Source: Amoeboaphelidium protococcarum X5 | Taxonomy: Eukaryota; Fungi; Aphelidiomycota | Assembly: GCA_023515725.1 (NCBI GenBank) | Contig: JALDTO010000098.1 | Span: 584,164-648,163, forward strand | Direction: 5' to 3' | Length of the DNA stretch: 64,000 nt | Shown here: one piece after another, positions 14,745 to 29,199 of the stretch | How positions within the stretch are numbered: position 1 is the stretch's first letter | Layout: every line of letters begins with the position of its first letter | Program-made: the position numbers and the translations under genes | The notes under the pieces: model-generated | Seen by the model: the letters and a program-made list of their open reading frames with translations, nothing else | Told to the model about the DNA's origin: nothing | Databases searched by the model: none

Positions 14745-15374
14745 TTGTTATGTTCTAAATGGGGCCTGTTTATTTCTCTAAATGTAAGGCTTTCCATTAC
14801 TTGGTTTCACTTCACCAGCGCGCCGATTCGGAAACGCGGGTCTCCGCTGTGCACTCTACTTCGCCTTATAGTCCTGCTTCCAACGACCAGCAAATGCGCG
14901 TTATTATTACTTGGCCAGCTCATAACGTCGACTCTTTCGCCTACCGCGATGTGTTTTAGACTTTTTAGCGGGGAGATTATTAATGTCTTAACGTTATAAT
15001 ATCCCATTCTTGATCAGCATTATCTCTTTTGCCGGCTTACAGAGATAATACAAACGCGATTCTTACATGATACGTTCGCTATCCATTACAATGCTACTAA
15101 ATTGTGTGATTCTAGATTATTGCTCATCCGAGCTCTCTTCTTAAAGGTAAAATCTGGGTAGAGCTTTATGAGCCTGGGCAGAACCATTCGTATCATAATC
15201 AGGTTGATCAATTTTCACAGCAGCAGTTGGATTAGACCGCCGAAATAATTTAAAACCATTCTACGGCTTCACAGAGTCTACCGCTTTAGTCTATACATCT
15301 TGAGTTATGTCTTCAACACAAATAGCTTATTCCAATTGAGCCCTGGAATTTTAATCAACGTCCTCCACCTCCAT
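14733..15374 (-). CDS. Hypothetical protein with basic C-terminus (213 aa)
   Basis: Open table-6 frame from ATG 15374 to TGA 14735-14733; GFKLF motif and K/R-rich tail. Confidence 0.55.
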
Positions 15375-15549
15375 TGCAGTGATAGTGTCTGCGCGTTTTT
15401 CTGATCAGAGCGCGTCTCAGAGCTGCCGAATGAGAAGAAAGGCTCACACGACTAAATATTACTGCTAAAGAGAGGATCAGAGGATTAAGAGCTGTGTCTT
15501 TGAATAAATATTGGGTATTCTTCACTCGTCTATACATATATATAGTTAA

Positions 15550-18162
15550 ATGACCAAAGATTAAAAGTTGCCAGAGTATATTGCAGAGGGTCTGTAGATT
15601 CATTACAGAACTATTTAGCATTAGATCTGGAAGAAGACGATGCTGGCCACTGTGGATTATGGTAAAATATGGTCATTGTACAAGAAGGAAATTGGAGAAG
15701 TTTTGGCAGCGTAACAGTACTATACAGATGCTCTAAACTATGGATTTTACGAAGCTCTGGTACCGTGTAGAGAGGGTGGGTATGTTCCTATAACACTATC
15801 GTCTAGTGGTGTAATAACGTTGAAACAGTGGCCTCCGAAACAAAGTGTGGCTAAACATTGGTTGCGTAAAACATGTCTACTGCTGAACTCTATTGGAAAG
15901 TCATAGCTGAAAACGCGAAAGTTCTTTTAAGCTTTATAATGCTATCATGTCTCCTTACAACTGGCATCTTCTATCCGCGACGATTCTGATCGTACCTCAT
16001 TTTGCGCCAAAGCTATTGATGGTACCCTGAGTGTGCTGTCGTCAGTTAATTTCGATAAATGCTCTTCTGACTAATTATCTCAATTTCATACCGTGTGTTG
16101 TTAGTCTATAGAAGTTGGTCAATAGGTGCAGTAGTATGATAAGATTTTATTGCTATTTGATGATAGCTTATTGGTAACTGCTCATCTTGCCGCTCAAGAT
16201 CAGTCGCACCTGTCTTTATTATGCTCAGAAATGTTGGCGATTATTCGTACTTATGGCCTTACATCCTCTATCTCTATATTATTTCGTGGACTCTAAAGGT
16301 ATCTCCAACTCAAGTTATAGTCATCTCTGGCTGTTACTGACATTGATTTTGATGCGTTAATAAACTCTATTGAATCTATTATTAAGGAGGATTTTAAAGA
16401 TGTTTTGAATATGCTGCTTGGCTAGTAAGAATCTGTATTGGATGAATTAGTCGATTTCATGCTAGGATTCGGTCAAGTGCAAATTGTCAAGGATATCGTA
16501 TCAAAGTTAAAAGTGCCCTGTAGCGAGAACGTGATCAATCGAATATAATCTTTATATAGTTTGATCACTAGCTTTAATGATAATGACTTAGATGCAAAGA
16601 CTCTTTAAGATTAGTTATCAGAGAGCTTGTATGTTTAACATTTAGAGTCATTTATCGGTACCTGCTTCGAATTGCAACTAGCATCCTTGCAAGTTAAAAT
16701 GGGCGATAACAGCGGCTGGCTATCAAGAGCTCAATCTTTAGAAAAGCTATAGTATTATGAGCTCGCCGTCTAGAGCTTTAATTAGTATTTTAACTCTGTA
16801 ACTAATGCAGATAGAGATCCTCAAGCTGGTATACAATGTGCGCGCTGTCAGCTATAAAATTCGGATCCGTTTGATTAGATCAGAGCCACTTTGGAGCGTG
16901 CTATATATACTATAGAGCAGCGAGCTTAACCTGATCAAAGTGTTTTATTGCATCAAGTATTCACCGAACTTATAGAGTTATTCATAGTGTTCGGGAGGCA
17001 TAAAGAGGCCTAACTGTATCAACAAAGAATGCAGCAATTATAAGGATCCTTCGACTTATCTGACGTTAATCCTGTTGAACAACAATAGCCTGTAGTTGAT
17101 AAAGATCACATTGTTCTCAGCGATGAGGAGGATAATGTACCGCACCACTTATCTCTAATGATTTAAATTTAGGTTAGTAAGTAATTGCTAGTTAAAGTGA
17201 TTTCGGAATAGTACGGCCTGGATACATCAATATGTGTAAATAATACAATACGAACTGTCGCAGATGTTAAGAGCATAGTGGAGTAGAAATTAAAAGCTCA
17301 ATACTACAGGTTATTCCGCATTGGGTCGATAATGAGCGGCAGTGTACTATATCAGGATGATCAATATATTCACACGATTCTCAGGAGCGGAAATAGTGCC
17401 GTGGAATGTCAAATATTAGCATCTGACGCGCTAACGCCTATTGAAGAAGTCCTTCTCGATTTGGAATCTCACGCGGATAGAGAGTTGTTGTTGACTGATC
17501 CAAACAATAAAGCTTTGGTAGATAAGCTTGCGAGTATTGAAGGACTTGACTTTTAGCTATCTTACTGCTCATTCGTTAACGACATAGTATTCTCCGCTAT
17601 AGCGAAATTGATTTGGCGCCGTCTTGGACTCTTCTCTGATCACTCCTCAGCTTCTATTAACCTACGTGGATGCAACATTGGAGATGAGAATTTCCTGAAT
17701 TTCTTGACAATTGCTCACTAAACCAATAGATAAAGTCTTTCATCTTTCAAGGTGATAGATTTAAGCTGCAATCAACTCACTCAACCGGGATTCTCTGCAT
17801 TATTGGCCGACTTGAACAATGCAGATAATAATAATGATAGAAATGAGAGTTATATTGAGACACTGATATTGGATGGAAATGATTGCTGTGACATTTCGTT
17901 TTCTCAAATCATTGGTACATTGCTGTGTCTTCCTTCGTTGAGTCATTTATCACTGCAATATACAACCTTGTCTGAAATTGCTGGCATTGACTAGTATCTG
18001 GTATAGTGTGTGTCTAATGCTGCCAACAGACACCTTCGTATTGAGCTGCTTGGTAGTGGTGTTTAACTTTCTAACCACATTAATGTGCCTGAAAATGTTC
18101 GCGTTATAATGCAGCGGTACGAAAATGAAACTTCTGAGATTACCTCAATCCAGAGGCTGTGA
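15550..18162 (+). CDS. Helical/TPR-like N-terminus + ubiquitin-like + LRR protein (Tonsoku-like architecture); alternative in-frame ATG at 15430
   Basis: Long table-6 frame; C-terminal RI-type LRRs INLRGCNIGD, IDLSCNQLT, LILDGNDC, LSLQYTTL preceded by a UBL-like segment TVADVKSIVE. Confidence 0.5.
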
Positions 18163-18213
18163 GTAAAGAATTTCTGAATGCAGATATTATGGATTACATT
18201 TCACATACTAAGT

Positions 18214-19488
18214 TCATCTTCCACTTAGCTCTTATTACTACAGTTACTACAATTTTTACACGGGGTGTCCACTTTAAGTCGAAAGATCCATCTGAAGCGT
18301 AAGAGACTAGATACGTTTGTCAATCTAGGAGAGCAGGCGACTGATTTACAAAGCAGATTCAACCTTCTAATCTCTGAGAGCAGCTTTAGAGGCTATTTCA
18401 GAGAGGAACGGCTCACATAGATCTAGGAAGCGATTAAACATCGCGGACGAGCCGTCAACCTTATCGCTAAACTTGCACTCTTAAATCAAATACAGAGCCA
18501 GGCCTTTGCGGATCTTTACACATCCAGATAGGACTTCATCATTACAATACAATAGGGATAGAGTAGACAGAGCCATGATCTAAGGAATAGCACAGAAACT
18601 GAAAACTGTGTTATTCTGCAGCAGCGATATATATTCCAGACAATGGCTGAAGTGTTGTAAGCAGTTGAGCACCATATGATTAAGACAATAGACACCACAA
18701 CCATCTCCGTTGCCCTATAACTCATTCAAATCAGCGGCGTAAATCTAATAAATCTCTGGAGGCCAAAAGGTTCTACCATCTCGTAAATCCTCGTTAAAGT
18801 CCCTGATGATGTTCACCTTTTACAAAAACAATCCCATATGATTAGATAGATCATCCAGATCCTCTGACACATCACCAGCAGTCAAAGATGACAACTTTGG
18901 CTCCATTCCAGACGCGACAAATAATTTACTCAACCCAATGCCCACCAGGCCGGCGACATAATGACAGTACAGATCATAATCCGGGACAGATTAAACGCGC
19001 TTATTCGCAAACTGCGCCATGCCAAAGCCCATACGCTTACATATATCCTGAATGACGCTCTTGTACTGGGGGTTAAGCTTACTAAACTAGTCAATTACAA
19101 CATCAAAGTGAACCAGCAGCTCGCGATCCTTCTCCTGAGGCCCATTGAGAGGGAACGTCCATCCAGCCTGATCAAGCTTAGTCCAAAACTCGCGCAACAG
19201 CGGCAACTTCAAGTCTTCTGACAGCGACATGTCATCTTCCACAGTGTCCAGACCACGCAGAACAAGATAGAAAATGCATATAGGAAGTCTCAACTCTTCA
19301 TCCAGCGCCTAGACAACTGCAGCAAATGATCTTGAAGTGAGATTCAGATAGTAATAGCATGCTGAAAGAGTATCCTCATGATCAATTTAGTCGTGCGAGG
19401 TAACGCCAGCTCCATTCCATACAAACTTGCAAATGGCTGCCAGTTCATTCGGATGGCTAAGCGATTTAAAAATGTCTGCTAGACTCAT
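18214..19488 (-). CDS. ERG9: Squalene synthase (424 aa)
   Basis: [55 protein letters not shown]. Confidence 0.95.
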
Positions 19489-19639
19489 ACTTTGACTATA
19501 ATACAAGTTGCTGTACCGCGCCGGGGAGAGATAAGTCGAGGATTAGAGAGAGAGAAAGAGGGGGAGATCAACGACGCGTTAAATTTGACTCCACTGAGGC
19601 GTTGAGAAAGTCTCTGTGGCACAGTCAAGAACTTTTAAT

Positions 19640-21230
19640 TCATATAACACTGTGAAATTAAAAAGAAATAAAAATAGCAAGAAGGTATAAAAGCGTCAAA
19701 ATTAGAAATTTACATTCCAAACAAACTAGAAATCGCAGCCTCTTTACTGCCTTGATGAGCACTGAGCAGCATAATAGCTTCCGTCCTGGAGCATCCAATA
19801 ATGTCCATAATCTCGACAATATCTTGTTCAGATAAGTGGAACTGCTCCTGCATTTTCTATGCTTCATCCAGCTGGCTAGCATCAAAGTATTGAGACTCAC
19901 TTTTATCGTGGTCAGTATTCTACAACTCCTTATTATTGATGCTCGGCGCATGTCGCGATAACTAGTCAATGCCCAAATCTCTTTCAAATGGATCATCCTC
20001 GCATCTCTTTAAAAACCATTGTTTTCTGACTTGTTATAGATACTATAGAAGATTAACTAGCGCCGGGACTTTCAATTTCAAACATTTCACCAGACAGAGC
20101 CACATTTAATCAGCCAGAGTATTAAAATCCTCGTGAAAAGAGTTATCAATCAACATTCCAAGACAAACATTCATCTGAGCTTAGATCTAGTCAGATTTAC
20201 GATTTTAAAATTACTTAAGATCATTCTTCAGGATACCAGCACTTCCTTCAAAGTCGTTCTTTTAAATACAAAGGTACATTTAATACCTTTTAATTTTTAT
20301 GAAAGAAACAGCCAGCTACTCATCTTCATGTAGAATTTAATAAAAGTCGTCAACACCGTATAGCATTTTGAAAACTTAATCCACGTCATCAGATCCCTTC
20401 ATTACACGAATTCTACTACAGATTGCATTAATGTCTTTAAAACGAGCATCACCACCTTCACCTTCAATAAGACCACGAATCAATCGGTATTCTTCTATCA
20501 ATTGCTGATTTAAGTACACGTCATTAAACTACAGGCGACAAAGCTCAAAGCGAAGAGAGCGCAAGAGATCACCATCATGCATCTGAAGACAGTTGAACGA
20601 CTCTGTAGGCGACAAGGACATAATCAGACACAACTAATCAACTTTACGATCATTGAAATCCACAGATCGCGCTTATTACTTTGAAGAAATATACTAAATA
20701 TCTGCCCTCTCTGGAAGTAGAAGATAAGTGATTACATCTTCAACTGGTGACACGATTCCATTCAGAACGTGATACTGATTATGCAAAAGTATCATGTACT
20801 TCACCATTTGAACCAGCTAGGTATCATAATTTGTAGTTTAGGCACGAGCGTGAAATTGTAGTTAAATTTTAAGGTTGGATCTCTCTAAAATCAATTCTTC
20901 GTGAGTAGGAACCACCAGCAGACACTTTTAGAGACGATCGCAGAGTAGTCGGCATTGCAGCAGAGAGGACTGTTCATACCGTTGAATAAAATCCCGAAGA
21001 GAGTTGAGTGCACTAGGATCTTTGTCATGAAATTACTCCAACACAGCAAGGAAATAGAAATGAGCTCTAAGCAGATCATCAGTCTCAATCAATTCAAACG
21101 TCTATGGAGGATACTGAACGTGACCATGGTCAACATAATCAAAAATATCCTCTAAACCCTGTAAAACTGCAGCGTCTTACCCAACATGATTCTAGACAAG
21201 CTCATCTAAAACACTCAAACTCAAATCCAT
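19640..21230 (-). CDS. Hypothetical protein with LisH/CTLH-like helices and C-terminal UBA-like domain; probable terminal intron 19650-19713
   Basis: MDLSLSVLDELVQNH start; end EQDIVEIMDIIGCSRTEAIMLLSAHQGSKEAAISSLF is UBA-like; 3' end uncertain (see findings). Confidence 0.55.
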
Positions 21231-21816
21231 GATAGTGCGTGAACTTGATATTTAATTGTTACGGGTTTTCGTTGCACCTTATCCAATAGAAAGATAGAGA
21301 GGAATTTGCACTAAAGAATTTCAACTGACGGAAAGCTGAAACGGAAACGGTAATTTTCGTGAAACAAAATTCTAGTGGGTACTTTATTACTTATGATGTA
21401 CTTAAATTTAAATGCTACCACCTCATCTATAGTAGCTTGACAGTTACGGTAAAATCGAACCATAAATTTTACGCTCGGTACTTTTAGTAGTGCAACTACA
21501 TAACATTGACAAAATATGGGCTTTCAAAGCTCAAGTATGTATTTTGAGAGCTTGTACTCTTCATCAAAGTGCAATTAATGAAGTGAGTCCGCATCACCAA
21601 AGTGTTGTAAATTTTCGGCTCTACACTTATACTGTACAATCAACGCGCAGTGACGAATCGATCGGGACGACGCGATAAAAAGAATAGTCGACAGAAGTTG
21701 AAACAGAAGAGCTCAGTTTGGGAGAAAATGTTAAGATGAAAGAAACGTTATAAGAAAGCAGTCGGCCTGCATAAAATTCATAGAGAGAGAATTTATTCAA
21801 TCAGCCAGCCATAAAA

Positions 21817-22743
<927 letters not shown>

Positions 22744-23373
22744 TTAACCGAGTTTATCAGAGTTACTCAAACAATTTGTTGTTTACTGAGAGAAGAAGAG
22801 AAGAAGAGAAGACAAGAAAGGCGGCAGAGAGAGTGAAACAGGAAAGTTATGACGGAATTGGATGAATCGGCTCAGCACAAGAAGAAGGAATCGCCTCATT
22901 TCAATCATGCGACCAATCAGCTGATCTAAGCCGCGGAACACGACGGAATACGTTTCACCGCCGATCGATGGTTCGATGATATTCTCGCCGGTTATGTTTC
23001 ATACAGACGCCATGCCCCCTCCTGTATCTCGCCCCTTATTGCCTTCACAGTTACAGTATGTTGTGGCATGGTGTACTTTTTTAATAGAGCGTTTCATGAC
23101 CAGGTATAATTAAGAAAGCTTACACTGGGCTTGAAGTCATTTTTAGTGACTTACATGATTGAACTAATAATATGTTCTCTAACAAAAGGCAATGTCATGC
23201 TTAAATTTATTAGAGATTCGGCTATTTGGATTACTTACATCTAACTTGAGGTCTTTAGGTGTCCAAAATTAGCCTTTATCTGTAACCTCAAAAGCTATAT
23301 ATAAATCACGTCTTTATGTATTTCTTATTAATTATTCTAGAGCAATTAGCTATCATAAAGACCTCAATATATC

Positions 23374-24158
23374 ATGAGATATCCTTACGTGTTTATATCG
23401 ATTATTTAAGTTGCTGTTACATCCACCAACTCGCAGTTAACTGGCAAAGCTTGTAATGCAACAGCAATCAACAGCGCGTTCACTGCTGGTCTCACTTGCA
23501 TCAGCTGGAAAGATATCGGCTACTGTGATAATAGTAAGTTCACTTTTCTTATTATATATCTAAATACACGTCTAAATTCTGTGTAGATATCTGGTATAGT
23601 GTAAAATGCGCTAATAATTACAATTGTTACAACACGACTGGCTTGATTCAGTGTAAGCCAGCATAAGCAGCAGTGGCGCCGCATATTATCACGTCTATGA
23701 GAGTTACCACCATCACTAGTTACAGTACTGTAAAGCAGTTGTGTACTTTAAACTCTAGATTATCGTCCCAATCGGCCACTAGCACGTAATCATCATCAAG
23801 AATTGCGACGACCGTAAGTCAAACAGCCACACAAAGAACATCAGCCACCGTGTAAAGTAGAAGCAGTGTCATAAAGTCGCCAGTGACCCGCTCAAGAACA
23901 ACCACGTCGCCTAGTTTGTCTCAGTTTACTTCAATCACAGCGACAGTGTTGTCAACAACACCGACTGTCCTTATTGCTGGCGATGGAAATGACGTGCTGG
24001 GTTAAATGGCAAAACTCTTCACTTGTTAGCTGTATATCGGTCACACGGAGAGCTTCTCAGTTTTCGCCACTGGTATAATGTTGTCATTGATTGCTGTGAT
24101 GCGTTTAGCTTTCGTCATTCGCAACAATCATAAAGTGTACAAAATAAATAGTATTTGA
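23374..24158 (+). CDS. Cell-surface protein: signal peptide, Cys-rich CBM19-like module, Ser/Thr stalk, C-terminal TM; intron 23534-23586
   Basis: GTAAGT..TAG intron gives 243 aa; TCISWKDIGYCDNNIWYSVKCANNYNC; S/T-rich middle; hydrophobic segment near the C-terminus. Confidence 0.6.
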
Positions 24159-24536
24159 TCCTAATTATCATCATTAATAGTTTGATTTTAACATTTAGAA
24201 TCACTCGCAGTGCTTCCAATGGTGATTGCTAAACACGAAATCGCATCGGGGCTGTAACCTTAGACGGCGATGCGACAGGTAAACTTTTTTACATTCTGCA
24301 ATGCAAAGCGTCAAATTATTTCGTTTCGCCTCGTCCGTCCGTGTGAAAGAAGAAGAATCCGTTTCTAATCCAGTCGTTGCTTATTGTTGATCTTCGAAAA
24401 TTTATCAATTCTCATAATAATACAGTTGGAATACACTTTGATTGCTCCCTGGCAACACGCTCTGATACCTCGAATTCACAATACAAATACTGATTGATTG
24501 ATTGATTACTGTTTTTCACATCATTTAAATATCAAA

Positions 24537-27011
24537 ATGGATACTCAATATCGTCATCATCATCATCACTTCTCTCCTATTGATTCTGATTAGAAGAATA
24601 TCATCAGTAGTGTCTACTCTTAGCATCCTCAGTCTAGTCCGTACAATAATAATCACTAGCAGATGAACGGTACCGATACTTTTAATACTGGCCCGTCCGT
24701 AAAAGGTGGATCTGGTGGCATCGATGTTGGAAATATTCTATTTGGCTTGCAGAATACTAATCATTCGCATAATCAGTCGTCGTTCTCATCAAACTCGTCC
24801 GTTTCTGGCACCTAGAATGCTTTAGATAAATCCAGAGTGAGTAAGATTTGGAACTCTCCCTTCTCAATGCCATCATTAAACGTGTCGCTGTTTTCTCCTA
24901 CCAGCTCTGCTCTGACTCCCTAATAGCATTAGAGCTCATTATTGGAACCCGGTATTAATTACGGTGGTGGTATGAATTATTATGACAATCTGACTAATAC
25001 TTCGCGTATGCCTTCTGATCAAGCTTCTTACTCTGTCGGCCCTTTTAAGTTGGATTATAATTCATCCACTCTTCTAGGTGGAGATTCTTCTAGTATTAAT
25101 GGTACTGCAAACACCACTATCTAACCCGTTTGTAATAACATGGGATTATTTTCTGAATCAACGTCTTAGTTTGAGAGTACCGTATTGTCGCATTAGCATT
25201 CGCATGGCAATGATATACTTGGTAAACTAAGGAAGCAAGAGTCTGATCTGAAGGCTCGTATTTAGTCGCGTCAAGAGTACATTAACAAGATGAAGAATGA
25301 ACTGTGGAGTGACGAAATGGAGCTTGCTGAAATCACTAGAAGAATTGAGTTGTTTAAGTCTCAGTCATTGGGTTTTGGCGGCGTATCATCCACATCCGCT
25401 TAATTGTCTGAGTCCTTCCCACTTTCGAAGGGATAGCCTGTGCTGCAAGAGCACCAGCAGAATTTATCCAGCAGTGGTGATACTGTCAGTGCTAGTAATG
25501 ATATAAGTCAATTCGACGCTTTAGCTTAGTTGTTCAGCCCTCCTTCCTATAATCAATCTGGCTCTGGTGCTGCTATGACCGTTGCTCAGGATTAAAATCA
25601 TTCAATGAAGGCCAATGATTTGAAAGTCAGTGCCTCTCCTCAAAAGTCAATCTCACAAACCAAGACTGCCGCCGTCACCGCTTATAATCAAGACAATGTA
25701 TGCCGTAAGTGGAATCGCGGTATCTGTATGAAGGGCTCACATTGCTCATACTTGCATCAGTGCTTGAGTTGCGGCGAGAAACACATGAAGTCTAAGTGTC
25801 CTCGATTGAAAATTAGTTCATCAAATGGTAATTTGTCTAGACATATGACGACCCTGAGTGTTAAAGAAGATATCGCGGAAAGTGTCGATGTCTCTCATGA
25901 TTTAGAGTCTAATCATGTACATGGAATCAGTAATAAGCACCGACTGCCCTCTGATGTCAAGTCCGTAGTCAAGGATGAGCCGTGTATTAAGTGGAATTAC
26001 GCCGAGTGTCAATGGGGCGATCGATGTCATAGACATCACGTCTGTATTAAATGTAGCGGATCTCATCGCTTATTGCAATGTCCATCTTAGTCTGATGGCG
26101 ATCGTAGAGGAGTTACCCGTAACACCTCTGTCGTTAGTAGTGACGCGAATTGCAAGGTTGGCGGAAGATCAGAATCTGGACAAGTAAATCTCAGTGCTTA
26201 ATCCTCTTCTCTTGATGCAGTACAAGTTGATGCTGATGAACCTCATTCAGCAGCCTTAAATAACTCACCATTGTCAGATAATACCACGCCGACATTGATT
26301 TAATCATCATCTCCTGTCCGATTTAATGGTAAAATATCTGAAATCTGCTTCAATTTTAATGATAATCGTTGCAAAATGGGCAAGAAGTGTCATCGTCTAC
26401 ATGTCTGCAGCGCTTGTAAAGCTGATGATCATATCTCTTCTACATGTCCTAAGAAGAAAGTTCAGAGTAGTGTCAGCTAAAAGAGCGACGATGGAGAATG
26501 TCGTATTGAGTAGTAGCATAATCACTAGAATCTTAATTAGAATAGCTCATCGTTGAGATATATTGGCTCAAAGGTTAGTAGAATCTCTGATGAAGTGTGC
26601 CTCAATTGGAATAACAATCGCTGCCTTCTGCCCACTAATAAGTGCAAGCGCGTACATGTTTGCAGCTTTTGCAAGTCTCCATCTCACAATATATTAAAGT
26701 GTATGGATCCAACCTCAGTTGAGCACTATGTCGATGCCGGAGTTGAAATTTGTTACAATCACAATCATTTGCGCTGTGACTAAAGAAATTGCACCTTGCC
26801 AATGCTCGGTAGTGGTAATGGCAGTAGCAGTAGTAAGTCGGATGCTCAGTCAACATCACCACATCAGGCGGATGGGAAACCATCAACAATCCTCATCGGA
26901 CAGCACTGTAAAAGGTTGCACTGCTGTTCCAACTGTAAATCATTTGAGCACACTGCTAAAACTTGCCCGCAAGCCTCCCCTCCTCCACTTTCAGCGTCTC
27001 AATCTCTATGA
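24537..27011 (+). CDS. Low-complexity protein with five CCCH+CCHC double zinc-finger modules (824 aa)
   Basis: Repeats such as CRKWNRGICMKGSHCSYLHQCLSCGEKHMKSKCP at about 25700, 25980, 26345, 26595 and a split copy at 26750-26970. Confidence 0.8.
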
Positions 27012-27173
27012 CGAGCATGACTTTTTGAATAATTCTGAATTGCGAAATAAACATATATTAGTATTATATTACAGTTCATTTTTTATGGACAGCTGCAAGC
27101 GCAGCTATACTTGCTGTTTATCATTACTAATACTGTGCTGCAATAATCAATTAATCCCACCTTACACATGATT

Positions 27174-29081
27174 TCATTTTTAGTTTGACAATCTCGACAT
27201 TGTAGTGGCAATCTTTAAAATATGAGTATCTGGGAAGAACGTTCTAAGATCTTATCTATCCATAAGTTTAAGCCACGAGAATTCGTATTTCTTCATTTAC
27301 CCAACACTCAACTTGCCTTCAGAGGGGAGTCTTGATGAGACTACAATATACTCAATAACGCCTGGATAGTTACGAGGGGAAATCAACTGTTTCTGATTAG
27401 ATATTCGAGCAGTATCTCCCATCCACTTTCCACTTTTTAATTGAAGATAGTATTAGCTCTACTCTACCTTAATTACTTAGCAGGGGATATTTGGCTTTTG
27501 AAACATCAACAGCAACTGTCACCTCGAAAAATAGCGTAAAATCAGTTCCACCAAAGAAGATAAAATCCAAGCGAGCTTCTCCATTAGCAGAGTTTGCGAC
27601 CAAGGTACCCACAGGATAGTCTTTCCATGATTTATTAGGCTGATCCGCCGGAAGAGTTAGAAAATGACGGATTTGCATCACTCTCTGCTCCCTGGTCCCG
27701 GAGAGATCAGAATAATTTAGCGTGATAGGTCCGCGAAATTATAGGATATTGAGAGCATTTCATCTTTCAAATGCCAATCCCACTTGACTGGCATTGTCGC
27801 TTTCCAAATTTCTTAATTCATGAACTGTTTTATTACTCCACGCGGCTCCGTCACCACTCAGAAAAGCATCTTGAAGAAAACGTCAATTGAATTGGAGCTG
27901 AGGGGTAATATCCGGCCACCGTCATCGTACGCCAAGCCAATATAAAAAAAGCAAAGGTCAATATCCCGTAAGCGAACATGTACTGTAACAAAAAACTTTA
28001 CAAGCGAGTCAAGTACAGGTTAAATCAACTGAGGATACTTTGTCTAAAACTCTATGAATCTCCCTTCAAACTCAGCTCGCCGGCTGTCGGCAAAGTGTTC
28101 TAGAATACCAGATAAACTGATCTCTCCTTTGCGTCTCTATTCTTCACTTAACATCACTAATTCTCGGGGGATATCGCCAGTTAGGCTGCGAATCTCAGCT
28201 ATAAATTCTTCGGTGAAATCAGGGTGATTGACGATGTTGGCAAATTACGGGCATTCAAACCATGGTACAACCTCAGCATCAGTAAGAGATCCTATATTCA
28301 GAACAAAGCGCTCATGGCCAGCTCTCAGAGCGCGACGGAAAGGTGAGTCAGCCGTGGCTGTCACAAAAACACCACCTCTTTTAAAGTTTCTTGACCAGTC
28401 AATTAGCGAAAATGGAGGATCAATGAGCGGATTTACACCATTGTCAAATAGAGCCTGGGTTTCATCAAAAGCCAAAATGACTTCAACATCCTTTTCTCTA
28501 AGTATATCGGACCGAAAATCAATAAATAAGTCTTGGAAATATTATAACGACAGCTTTTCCTTGCGGGTAGTTTCATCCCATGACGCGCGGCCATTCGGGG
28601 GGAAACAGTACGCGTACTTGTTTTCTTAACCAGGTCTAGCATAATAAAGCCCAGCAAGCACAGCATCAAAAAGATAAGCATACCAACCTGCAGGTGAGGG
28701 GTAGCCGGATTTAAGCCAGTCATCGCATAGTGGAATGTAAATGACAAACCATTCTTCCTCACGTGCTTTGTGCACAACAAAGAACATGATTGCGCTTTTA
28801 CCAATGCCCATGGGTCCAGCTAAATACACGCCGATGCGGCTCTAGTCATTCACCGTGTCTTGCACATATTTCCAAACGTCTTTAGCACATTACCTTTCAA
28901 TAAATCCTTGATTGTCCCATGTGCTAAGTGCTTGTTTAGGAAGAAATTGTAAGTCTTCTGGAAGTGGAACGGTAATTCTTTCGCCCATGCTTCTATATCG
29001 AGGGATGGGGTAGTATAGTGAGTGGTATAGACAGTACGGCAGGTGGCGCGAGAAGATTGATTGGGTTTGTTCTGCTTCCAC
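27174..29081 (-). pseudogene. Crinkler (CR)-effector-like P-loop NTPase + restriction-endonuclease-fold gene, disrupted
   Basis: Walker A GPMGIGKS, Walker B LAFDETQ, LTGDIPREL, then GLAFE..DFIFF..FFEVT; internal TGAs at 27860-27858 and 27762-27760 and frame changes near 27840 and 27440. Confidence 0.65.
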
Positions 29082-29199
29082 TAAAGAAAACTGGCAGTTC
29101 AGAGCGGCCGATCAAACAAACGAGCCTTCAAGCGTTTCGTCGAGCATTACGTTGAATGCATTTGAGAAAATAGAAATCATTTGACACGAACCATCAATA

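Noticed and set aside
22940-22995. GGTTCGA as a possible tRNA T-loop
   Set aside because: No cloverleaf stems could be formed around it
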